From: Spirogloea muscicola
Lineage: Eukaryota
DNA: 64,000 bases
NCBI GenBank assembly: GCA_009602725.1
Contig: WELB01000016.1
Span: 1,002,248 to 1,066,247, forward strand
Direction of reading: 5' to 3'
In this document: one piece after another, positions 37,494 through 49,201 of the stretch
Position numbering within the stretch: position 1 is the first letter of the stretch
How the letters are laid out: each line of letters opens with the position of its first letter
Translations under genes and position numbers: made by a program
Notes under the pieces: model-generated
What the model saw: the letters and a program-made list of their open reading frames with translations, nothing else
Told to the model about the DNA's origin: nothing
Databases searched by the model: none

Positions 37494-38387
37494 CATTATT
37501 TGCTAAGACATATATATATATATATATTTGTTATAAGGAATCACGACCTCAAATGGGGTTTTGAGGAGATAATTGCAGGGATGAGGGATTCAGCAGAACG
37601 TAGATGATGTCAGAATGCAGAATCAAGAAACAAGTAGCGCAGACCATGTGTAAGCATTACTAGAAGACATCAACAGTTGTACCTTCTTTACAATTAAGTC
37701 GGACTGTGAAGCAAATGGTGGAAATTTACCTGCTGCCCAGACGTCACCGTCACTTGCGATGGCACCCTCTTGTGCTTGTTCTTCTGCGGATTAAACGAGA
37801 CATAGCACAGCGCAAAACGCAGGTAGAACGAGCGGATGAAGGCGAGGTCGGTGGCAAGCTCGGAGTCCGGGTTGGTCATCGTGCTGGCGTAAAGAATTGC
37901 TGGGGTGCAGCAGAACTCTCACTTTGGCACTGTACAAGAACTCTGCAACCTGCGGGCAATGCGCATCCTCAAAAGTCTTCTACGCTTGCGTTACGCTATA
38001 AAGCTTGACAATGCTAGACAGCATTGCAGCACAGGCATTTGAAATGGGCGGAGACTCAGCCAGGGCTGCTGAGTGAAGTAGTAACTTGGAATTGAAGCAC
38101 GATTTGCTGGACTACGACGTGTGATGGTGGCACTGTGCTACCATTGGAATTTGGCAACATACCAAGCCAGGTGACGCTCTTGCATTTCTTCTGTCCAGGC
38201 GTTACAGCACATGTAGTATGCATCTGAAGTGGCAGGTGTGTGTATATCCCGTGTCTGCCATTTGCAGGATCCCCTAGATTTCTAAGAAGACCACCTGCCA
38301 TGGCGGCAGCCTCCCTAGCTGCTTCTCTCGCCAGGCTGGCCTCTCCATCTCATTCAATCGAGTTAAATCTGCAGTAATGCCCTGAGC

Positions 38388-39085
38388 CAAGCATCTTCAA
38401 TATGGCGCTGAGTCCAGCATATGTTTAGAGAAGAAGAGGAGGTCTTTCCGTGATGTAATTGACAGATTTGCGGGGAATAAAGGCACAGACTTTACAATAA
38501 CTAGGTACGACACCAAAGATGATCTTTCATTAGCGCCAATAGAAGGTAGGGGAATGGTGCCTGTATTTGTCAGCCCAGATGCTCAGCTAGTTGCGAGAAC
38601 GATGAGAGAGTACGAGAGCTGCATGACAATCGAGAGGTTCAAGGCACTCAACGTTAATGCAGATGCTGCCATGGATGTGAACGTTCAAGAAGCAACGTCT
38701 CTAGATATAGCTCCTGCAAGAGAGATAGCTGCTGTCCATTGTTCATGCGTAAGAGTTGGAGCACTTTGCAAGACAGACACTTATAGAAGAAGCAATGCGC
38801 GGAACAGCTTCTCGGCATATACTCCCAAAAAAGGCAGAAAGTAAGGCTAAATGGACAACCGAATGGAGATAAAATCGTGAAAGAAGTATCAATGACACTT
38901 TAATGTACGGCCCTTCACCCTTGCTGACAATACTCTCACACATAACTGTGATGGCTAACATAGTAGGCACAGAGCCTAGGCTCATGTACCTGGACGGAAT
39001 AGACTATGATAAACCTCACCAAAAAAACAACTCAGTCTATATAGTGCGTAATGAAATTCATGATAAATACTGGCGTGAAGCACGA
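38388..39085 (+). pseudogene. Second, internally deleted copy of the AT-rich unknown ORF
   Basis: KHLQYGAE, RYDTKDD..APIEGRG, PSPLLT..SHITVMANIV joined directly to RLMYLDGIDYD..VRNEIHDKYWREA. Confidence 0.5.
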
Positions 39086-39091
39086 CTTTGG

Positions 39092-42000
39092 CTAAGGTCT
39101 ATAAAATGCCTTCACATGTCCTCCAAATCCCGATTCGTTCTCTCGGTCTGACAATCTGTTTGGGGGTGGGAAGACAGTGGACATTGATTGCTTGGTGCCA
39201 ACAAGCCTGCACGTCTCTTTCCAGAAGTGCCCCGTAAAGTGAGGGTCGCGGTCAGACACGATTCGCTCGGGAACTCTGTGCAGTTCCCGTACTCTATCCA
39301 CGATCATACCAGCAAATTCCTTGGCTGACATCTTTGTGGTCGTTGGCACAAAATGTGCCATTTCACTCAGACGATGCACAAATTACAACAATGGCGTCAC
39401 AGCCGTTCCGCGTCATCGGCAACTGGGTGACGATATCCATTAGTACAGCAGACCAGTTCTTTGGAGGAATCTCAACGGTTGGAGTAACCCGGCAGGCTTA
39501 TAAGAGCGTGCCTTACTGCGCTGGCAGGTGGCACAAGTCTTCACAGAAGACTCCACTTGACTTTCCAGTCCGCCTAAAGAGAAGCTGGACAGCTTTCTTT
39601 GTCTTTCCTGTACCCGAATGACCACTATTTGGAGGCTCATGCAAAGATACTGCTGCGCAAGACATTGCAGTCAGGAACTACAATGGCGTCACTTCGCCAC
39701 CAGAAGCCCTGGTGATTACCAGCGTGCGTGTATTGGCTTCACTTGCAAACCACGGGTCTGTGCCATACCCATCACAAAATACGCACATACAGCTCAGACA
39801 GGTTGGCGGTGAACTGTCGAGCAGCCCCACGAGTAGGCCGCACGTCTGCAGTCTGAAACCCTGAGGCGTGCAAGACAGCCGCCACAGCAGCCTCTGGGAT
39901 ATTTGCGGCTCACCGGGTCCGCATCATCCTTCCAGGGCGGTACACCCACTGTTGAACTTACGATTAAAACGGACCATTGCCCCGTTGACCTACTTTCACA
40001 CGCAACAGCAATTGAGTAGGCGTCAAGCACGGTGGGCTGAGTGCATGGCCACATTCCGCCGCCGCCGCTGACTGGCGGGCGCTCGGCAGGGCCTGGGCGC
40101 GGGACGACGGCGGCGGCAGCGGCGGCGGCGGCGGGGGCGGCGGAAGAATGTGGCCATGCACTCAGGCCACCGTGCTTGACGCCTACTCAATTGCCGTTGC
40201 GTGTGAAAGTGGGTCAACGGGCAATGGTCCGTTACAACCGTAAACAAAACCTTCGACACCCTCGAGATAGCATCGCCACACACTTAGGGCGTGCACAACA
40301 GCAAGGAGCCCTTGCTCCCCGTAGTGTTGTTCAGCTCTGCTGGACGAAGCAGGCGACTCTCAAATGCTACGGAGTGACCCTCCTGCAAGAGGACGGCACC
40401 AATGCCGATCAAAGAGGCGTCACATACTACTTCAAATTGCACGCCTTCTTGGAAGAAAGCAGCGATGCCAAATTGACTGGTGGCTGTGAGAGGCCAGCCC
40501 AAAGGAATGGACAAGGTCTGTAGGAGCCGAATGGCGCAGAAAGCAAGGCAAGGCCAAAACGGGTGGATGCACCAGACCCGTTAATCTCCTCGAATGCCCT
40601 CTGGCATTCGGACGTCCACACCCAGCTGACGTCCTTACGAGTGAGCTTCGCAAGAGGAGATGCCATAGGTTCGTATCCTTGCAGGAACTTACGGAAGTAG
40701 TCTGCAAATCCCAAGAAGGAACGCAACTGTGGCACATTCCGTGGCACTAGCCAGTCCGTCACTACTGCAGTCTTTTTGAGGTCGATGCGAACCCCGTCTT
40801 TGCGCACAACATGCCCTAGAAGTGCAATACGTGATCCTCAGGCGTTTACTGAACACCAGTATGTCATCCATGTAAACCAGCACGAAGTCATAGAGCAGGG
40901 GGCCAAGGACTTTCGTCATCACAGTCTGAATTGTGGCAGGTGCATTGCTTAAACCAAAGCTGAGCACCTTGAATTGGTAGTGACCGAGCGGCGTATGGAA
41001 CGCTGACTTCGGAACATCCTCAATTGTGGTACAAATTCGGTGATGCCCGCTTTGCAGATCGAGGGAGCTGTACACATTAGCTCCCGCGAGACGATCGAAG
41101 AGGTCGTCATTTCGAGGCAGAGAGTACCGGTTCTTGACAGTGAGCTTGTTCAGAGCTCGATAATGGATGCACATTCGAAGACTACCATCTTTCTTCTTCA
41201 CGGACAGGATTTGGTGCACCATACGGCGACTTGGGAGGCTCAATGTTCCCTTTTCGTAGCAGTTCCTCCGGTTGGGACTGCACCTCCCGAATTTCGAGAG
41301 GACTCAGTCGGTACGTAGGACGGTACGGTGGTGAAGCGCCGGGCTCCGATGGAATGGTATGAGCCACGCCTCGGTCCGAAGGCAAACCGTCTGGAAGAGC
41401 ATCCGGGAACACATCCAAAAACTCCGCCAACACTGTCAAGAGCCGCACCATGTGAGGCCACATTACTCACTACTACTGAGTCAGGGGTGGGTTCATCTTC
41501 ATCACCAATAACAGACACACAGCCGAGGTGGGTTCTGCGTGGAAGGACCCTGTTAAATTGCAGAACCGACAGCTGACTAGAGGAGCCTGTCACGAGAGAT
41601 GTTTCATGGGGGACGTCTTCGTACAGTTACGAAACGACGAGCACCCCGTCGGCCCGAGCAAGTCTGTGCGTCAAAGTCGAGGAGGGCCGCGGTAGCACAC
41701 AACCAGTCATCGCCCAACATCACAATATAGCCCAGTGCCAATTCAATGACATGGCAAGACACAACCGTCTTATGATGTTGCATGCATACAGGGGTTTCAC
41801 ACAGGCCCATGTCTTAGGCACTTCGGCACACTTGGCCAGTGTAGCTTGCGAGATACAAGTGGGGTTTACAAATCCAACCATTGTTACTCATAAATTTTCA
41901 ACTGACATAGGAGACCGAAGCCCCCGTATCTATAAGGATCTGCGCTGGCTGATTGGCCGCCGGTCCAGAAGACAACATAATTGGCGCGACAGCGTTGAGT

Positions 42001-43200
42001 GCCGAGGCACTTACTACCGCAAGAATATACAAAACGAGCAGTTTAGGAGGTTTTGGAAGAAACGACTTCCCTTCCGTACTTCACGTGGAGGTGGCCCGCC
42101 TTTTGGCGACACAACAAGGCCAGCCCCTTTGGAGGTAGAGCATTTGCACCGCAACTGCATGGCACAGTAAAGAATACCAGCTCTTTAGTACCGCATCAAT
42201 TGTCCAGCTCAAATACATGTTTGCAGTTTCCTGCAACTGATTAGAAGGAACCCATACAACAAGGGGGCCTTCGGCCACCAGCGCTTGCATAAGCCCATGC
42301 ACAGAGCAAAGTAGTGGCACAACAGACTTTGGACATACTCGCCCTACAAGTTCAAACAGCCTTGTCACACCATGCCGCTGCATTACACATTAGGGGGATA
42401 AGGAAAGGCACTCACTCTTGCCTTTACCCTTGTACTTGCCCTTTGGGCGTGAGGAGGATGGCGTAGACGACGTTAGAGGTTTTGTCGGCCGTGGCCACTC
42501 CCGTATATGGTTCTTCTGACCGCAACGGTAGCATGCCCAATCTTTCTCAGGGACGAACTTCGATTTCCCCTTGGGCACTACCAGCAACCGAGGCGGCTGC
42601 CGAGGTCTACCACCGTAGCCGTTCCTAGGCTTGAAGCGCTTCACAACCGAAGGCACCGGCGCGTCACGGTCCTCACCACGCAGCAAGCGCTTTTCGTAGG
42701 GTAGCCTCCTTAGCTTCACACTTTCAAACCCTACTCTTACAACCATGTCCTCGTATTCTGCAAGACAAGGGTTGCTCAGTAGCAATTCAGGCAGCGTGGC
42801 AACGACATGCACACATGTCGTGAGATATCTCGTCGGTGGTCCATTTGTTTCGTTCTGACAAGGATGGTGACGTGGCGGTATACGTGGACGTAACAGGTGG
42901 ACTCACATGTGCTCTAGTGTGAATGAGTCGCAACCAAGTCACCTCCGGCTCCACGTCTGTCAGGAAGGATGCGCCCCAATCTGGCTCGGCGTCCGAGCAC
43001 CATCCAATCCGCCGCCGTGCTCCCCTGCAACGGCAAGCAGCCCCTATCCTGCCACCCGAACTGCTCAAATGAAGCCCAAAGAGAAGCCGAAAAGCCCTAA
43101 GGCCCGCTTCGATGGGTGTGACCCACTTTGACGAGTAAGGGCGGGCACCGGCCAGGCTAGCGGCGGATAAAGGTAAGTACTGGTAGAAATTACAGTCTCG
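39092..43200 (-). mobile_element. Decayed Ty3/Gypsy LTR retrotransposon (gag-PR-RT-RH-IN)
   Basis: CYRCGQKNH knuckle; ILIDTGAS protease; KKDGSLRMCIHYRALNKLTVKNRYSLPR, SSLDLQSG, VLVYMDDILVFS RT; FEVVCDASLIGIGAVLLQ RNase H; AHFVPT...PERIVSDRDPHFTGHFW integrase, truncated at ~39092. Confidence 0.92.
39965..40235. repeat. ~90-bp inverted duplication with a GC-rich spacer inside the Gypsy RNase H
   Basis: HTQxQLSRRQARWxECMATF is encoded on + (39965-40055) and on - (40145-40235). Confidence 0.85.
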
Positions 43201-43589
43201 GGCTCCACTGGCCTTTGAGACGGTCTCAGGCTACACTGGCCTTGAGACCTGGGGTGCCATAATGGGCAAAATGGCCAGCCCCCAAAAAGCAATGTAATTC
43301 TTTGCCTGACCGATGATAAGGGGTGCGGAGGGTCGGGGCCGAGCAGTCCACTCGGTCCACTCTTTTGCTCTGGCCAGAACTGCCCCCAGCGCCGCCGCCG
43401 CCGCCGCATTGCGGTCGGGCGGCTTCGCTCCTGTCGGGACACGCAGGATGGCGTGGGCTCACAGGGGGGGCAGCCGCGCTGCTAAAACGCCTTTACCCCG
43501 GGTGACTCCGCCGCCGGTCGTGTCAGAATTGGTGACACAGGTAAACCACGAAACATCGTGTTTGAGGTGCAGAAATTGAGCATTGCCTC

Positions 43590-46500
43590 GATCTGCTCTG
43601 AGGCTGTTGACCCCTTGCCGTGTGGATGTGCACTGGGCTCTCGGATCCCAGTGGCTCGACCTGCTAGCCAGGCTTGCGCGGCGCGCTGTGCCCCGCAGGC
43701 GAGGTGAGCCAGCTGACTTCAACGCCGCTGGCTCGTGGGCTCAGGTCTATCGCGTGCGTTTGTCCATCACCTTCCAGCGGTCCATGGCACACGTCTTGCA
43801 TCTGCGTGCTGGTCGTGCTCTCACTGCAGCCTCTGGCTTTCGTTAGGGAGATATTTTCCCAGCAGCTAGTCTGTCGGAATTGAGGCCCCTCACTCGTAGC
43901 TACTAAGTGGTCCATCCCATACCCGTTCTCATAGCGCATCAGGCCCCTCCGTCATTGGGCCCCTTCGAACTTTTGTCAATTCTTTTCGGGCTGGCTTTTC
44001 ACAGCCTTTGCCCCCATTCGGAGAGCCGCTTCTTCCTCTGTCACTTGGCCCCTTCGAAACTGTCAATTCTTTTCGGGCTGGCTTTTCACAGCCCATGGCC
44101 CCATGTCCCCACTGAGCTTCCCTCTGCATCATCTCGTGTTTTGTAGTATTGTCCTTCTTCGGCACCATTGGGGGAGCAACTTATCTAAAGAACAGCGCTT
44201 CCAAATAGACTGGTGGTTGTGAGAGGCCAGGGGGCGGGGGAAAGTGCTCGCGCTGAGAGAAGGAAATGCTCGTGTAGAAGTGGGGCTAGCAAAGCCAGCC
44301 CAAAAAAGGACAAAAAGTACACACCAATAATGATGCGGGGGTAGTTCGGCCAGCCCAGAATGGAGGAGGCCTGCCCGTGGAAAATTCGTGTATTTGAAAC
44401 AAACGAAGGCCAAATGGCCAAGTACAAAGGCAATCTGGCCGCGCTTGCTTTTCCAAAGAAGAAGAAGTGGCTCTCCCAATGGGGGCAAGGGCTGTGAGAA
44501 GCCAGCCCGAAAAGAATTGACAAGGTTCGAAGGGGCCAAAGTACGAGCTAAGCAGCGACTGTGGGGCCTGAAGAGGCTATGGCAGAACGGGGGAGGATGG
44601 ACCGCTTAGTAGTTACGAGTGAGGAGCCTCACATCCGACAGACTAGCTGCCGGTAAACTATCCCCCTGACGAAAGCCGGAGGCCGCAGCGAGAGCACGCT
44701 TTTTCCAAAGGCAAGCACATCTTTCTTAAGACCTACATAACCTACAGTAGATTGACCCGCTCAGTAAGCACGGGTCAAAACATAAAGGTCGCTTACCGAT
44801 GCCTGAATACTAGATGGCAGATACAAAGCCCTTCTGCCACCAACTAGAGCTCGCCCAGCTTTCTGGTGCAAAGCATTAGCCTGAGCACGCTGCAAACAGC
44901 CCAGATTCAAGTTGCAAACAGGCCGAACATCGTAAGTAAACTCGGGCTCAAGGTCCATTCTTGGCAGGGCGGACCTGGGGAGGATCATACCAGGAATACC
45001 AGGGCGGACTGCCTGCGCCTGGACGGGCGGGCGCGGGCCGCTTGCCCGTCTAGCGATAGCGTCTGGCCTCTTCTCTATGGGCGAGCACTTCCTCTTCAAT
45101 TTCTTTCTGATTAGCCTTGTGGCTTGGCAGTCCCGTGAACTTGCTGACAGCTACATACACGGGCATGTAGCGTTACCATCACCATTTAGCGTAATCATAC
45201 GGTGGGTACCTTGCAAAATCAAACAGCAAGGCAAACTAGCTACAGATGGCCACTTAGCAACTCCTAGCCAACAGCCACAAATTAGACTAGTAGCAGACGG
45301 AAATGCAGAAGGCATTTCTCAAGGCGAGACTGGCCCCTATTCAGGCCTTGTCGAGAGAAGGGCTCGCCAATAGAAGGTAGGGGCTGGAAAAAGCCAGCCC
45401 AAAAAAGAATGAACAAAGTGCGGGAAGGGGCCAGGGGAAGCACTAAGAAAAACAAGCACAAAAGGAAACTAAGCAGCTACGAAACTCTCCGTAACCCCTG
45501 CTAAGCAGCCTCAAGTCAGAGAAACTTGGCTGCTGGAAGCGGGTCCCGTGGCCAGGGCCAGAGGCAGCAGCGAGGGCTCGTCCGGCACGCAGGTGCAGCG
45601 CGCGGGCCATGGACCTCTGCAGCGAGACGGCCAAGCGCATGCAGTACACCTGCGCTAGCGACCTGGCTGCATGAAAGTCCACCGGCTCTCCATGGAAGCG
45701 GCGGGCGATGGCGTGTCGAGAGAGCTGGTTGAGCAGCTCGAGCCACCGAGCGCCCAACGCGCTGTATGATGACTGCGAAAAATCATCGTCTTGTCTACTG
45801 CTTTCGGCCGTCTTGCTGCAGCGGTCCATGACTTGTGCGCTGCATCTCCGCGCAGGTCGTGCCCTTGCTGCCGCCTCTGGCCCTAGCCAGGCGTCCTATT
45901 GTCCATTCTTTCCTGGGCTGGCTTTGCTAGCCCCTTTTTTCCTGTGGGCGAGCAATTTCTTCTAGCCAGGGCTCGGCTACCAGGGGACTAGTTTCTCCGA
46001 CCTGCGGCTGCTTAATAGGAGTTACTGAGTTAGCTACTTGCTTCAGTGTGTGCTTTAGCGCTTCCCTGGCCCTGTCGGACTTTGTTGATCCTTTTTTTCT
46101 GGGCTGGCCTCTCCCAGCCACCGCCCTCTCAAATGGAAGCGTCTTTCCTCTTTTGGCACTTTTAGCACTTAGTACCTTGCTTTCTGCGCCATCCGGCTCC
46201 TTCAGACCTTGTCCATTCCTTTGGGCTGGCCTCTCACAGCCACCAGTCACTGTGGCCGCGCTTTCCCTTTTCAGCGAGGCAGCAAGCGCGGCCAGATTAA
46301 CTGGTGGCTGGGAGAGGCCAGCCCAAAAGAATGGACAAGGTCTGAAGGAGTCGGAGTGCTAAGGACTGAGACAGCAGTAAGCGAACTCTCAGTAACCTCT
46401 CGTCAGTAGATGCAAATCTGAGTAGCTAGCAGGCGGAAAGACGTCGCCCTGACGGAAGCCGGAGGCCGCCGCCAGAGCGCGGCCTGCGCGCAAGTGGACC

Positions 46501-49010
46501 GCAAAAGCTAGGGACCGCTGCAAAGAGACGGCCAGGCGCATCCGGTAAACTTGGGCGAGGGACCCGGCGACATGGAAGCCAGGCTGCTCGCCTTGCTGCC
46601 CGTCGCGGCGGGCCGCTGCTCGCCGCGCAAGGCGGTGAAGGAGGTCCAGCCATTTGGCGCTTTCCCTTTTCAGCGAGAACTCCGCAGTTATGCCGCTCCA
46701 GCAACGGGCAGACGGTCTCCACGCCCGTCGCGTCGACCTTGTGGCCACCCCTCCAGCCGGCGGGCCACGTCTTATCCTTGACGTGGTGACCACTGGCCCC
46801 TACGACCCCTCACACCCCGCCCAGTGTGCCTCCAAGGCTGGGTATGTGGTAGCCTGCGCCGCTCGGGCCAAGGAGCTCAAATGCGCAGATCACCCGCGGG
46901 AAGACGAGTTCTTCCCGCTCGCCATCGACACGCACGGGGCGTTGGGCGCTCGGTGGCCCGAGCTGCTCAACCAGCCCTCACGTCATGCCATCGTCCGCCG
47001 CTTCCATGGGGAGCCGGTGGACTTTCATGCAGCCGGGTCAGTAGCGCAGGTGTACCGCATGCGCTTTGCCGTCTCGCTGCAGAGGTCTACGGCCCGCGCG
47101 CTGCACCTGCATGCCGGAAGAGCCCTCGCTGCTGCCTCTGGCTCTGGCCAGGGGACCCGCTTCAAGGAGCCAAGTCTCTCTGACCTGAGGCTGCTTAGCA
47201 GGGGTTACTGAGTGCTTCGTAGCTGCTAAGTTTCTTCTTGTGCTTGTTTTCCTTAGTGCTTCCTCTGGCCGATTCCCGCACTTTGTTCATTCTTTTCCCT
47301 TTTGGGCGCCCCGTTTGGCGCGCTCTTAGAGAAGAAGGGCTGGCCAAGCCAGCCCAAAAAGAATGTGGACACTATCCAAAGACAAAAAGGTGCCGAAAAG
47401 AAGAACTACACAACTAGACACGAGATGATGCATAAGAAGCTGAGTAAGCAAGTGAGCAACATCAAGTCGGAGTACTGCGGTGCAGGAAAGGAAGCACTCC
47501 CGCGAGACCTTGAGGCAGCAGCCATAGCGCGGCCGGCACGCGTGAGGACTGCGTGAGCCAGAGAGCGCTGGAGAGAGAGGGAGAGCCGCAGTTGGAAGAG
47601 CTCATTTCTCCTGAGCTGGCCTCTCACAGCCACCGGAGGTGAACCGCTGCACACGACCTCCTCAGGATTTTCATATTTGGCATATTTGTGGAAGCCGGCT
47701 ACACGGTGGCGATGGAAAACTCTTCATCCCCCACCGGGTGATCAGCATATTTTCGCTCTTTGCCCCGGGCCGCCTGGCCGACCGCGTGCCCTGCAAACGA
47801 CGCCGATCTGGTGGGATTGGCGGAGTCGATGCAGTCAGTTGTCACCACATCAGCGATGATGCGGCGGGGACCGCCGCCGGGCGGGATGGCGACCAGGTCG
47901 GCGCGTCGTGTATGGGGCTGGCCGTCCGCGCCCAGCTGGATGGGCATTATGGAGGAGTTCTCCACCCGCGACCTTAAAGTCAGCCTCCGAAAACACCCCC
48001 TGCATACCATCACGCAGGAGGTCGTGGGAAGCGGTCCGCTCGCCCCCGTGCGCGCACCGGAGCATATGGGCAGCCAGCTACGCAGGTTCTGCGTGACGGG
48101 CACCGCACTCGCACTGAGTGACGCCCACGAGGCAGGGAGGGAGGAGGCCCAAGAGCCGGTGGACCGCCGTCCTGAAGACCTCATCGGGCATGGTGAGCGC
48201 CGCGCGGAGTGGGAGCGCTGATGACCACGCCGCCGCCCCAGGAGAGAAAGGCGCGCGGGGCGCATGAAATGAAAAGGGAGGCCGATTCAAGCCAATACAC
48301 AGTTCAAGCAGAGGCGAGTGCAAACTTAACAAGGCTACATAATATAGAGACCTAAATTATGGTGCCTAAGGTGACATTAGTACCCACGGGAGAGCACAAA
48401 CAAATCGGACAAGCTAACTTGGGGAGCTGGAGCGCCGCCACGAAAGCCGGAGGCCCGACTTAGAGCGCGCCCTGCACGTTGATGAAGAGCCAAGGCTTGC
48501 GAGCGCAGCAAACAAAGCGAGAGCCGCATTCTATAGTATGCAATTGAGGCCTGTGGAATGCTGGAGTGGCCCAAGCTGCCCCCCCGACTTTTACGACGCG
48601 CATCAACCAGCCGGGCCAGATGCTGGATCAGAGAGGACCATTTCAAGCCGTAGCCGCCGTAGATATCCATGGCACACGGGCAAAGATGGTCCCCTCGGGG
48701 ATGGTCCTGGTAGTGCCGCTCCTTCTTGCGCTCCGCGCTGGTCGTGGCCCAGCCAGACACGGTTGACGTGGGTGCGCCAGCCTTGTATGCGCCAGCCTTG
48801 TATGCGTCCCCAGGGGAGGAGGCTGCGAGCAGCCCTCGAAGGTCGGAGGGAGGGAGAAGCTCCACCACCTGGGCAGAGGCCGCTTTTTCAACCAGCGCCG
48901 GAAAGAAAGAAGTGGCTCTCCCAATGGGGGCAAGGGCTGTGAGAAGCCAGCCCGAAAAGAAGTGACAAGGTTCGAAAGCAAGGGGCTCTCCCCACGGGGG
49001 CAAGGGCTGT
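43590..49010. mobile_element. Dense nest of truncated CRE-like elements, both strands, several subfamilies
   Basis: RLE/C-terminal ORF pieces end at 44761 (-), 45443 (-), 46389 (-), 47211 (+) and 48377 (-); CCHC + RLE at 47699-48265 (-). A 21-bp TSD gcgctttcccttttcagcgag lies at 46258-46278 and 46657-46677. Confidence 0.88.
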
Positions 49011-49201
49011 GAGCCGCGAGGAAAGTCGGCCCAGCCACTCGGCGGCCAGCGAGCACGCCAAGTGGCGGCCCAGAGGGCAGCCAGAAACGGGCGTGTGCCG
49101 AGGTGGTGTGTGGAAAGGCCACAGTGGCCAGCTCAATGGCGTGCATTCTCCACTGCAGACTTCGCCCGGGCAACGGGTGGGCACATTTCCGGCCCTCCGC
49201 C

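Larger units (their letters stand above)
34156..39085. repeat. Right arm of the inverted segmental duplication
   Basis: Reverse complement of 26170-31365, with arm-specific insertions (35130-35370, 38010-38390) and loss of the segment equivalent to ~26280-27100. Confidence 0.9.

Noticed and set aside
43245..43290. PBS of the - strand Gypsy element (TGGCACCCC)
   Set aside because: It follows a GGGCTGGC hairpin and fits better as another variant of the non-LTR terminal motif.
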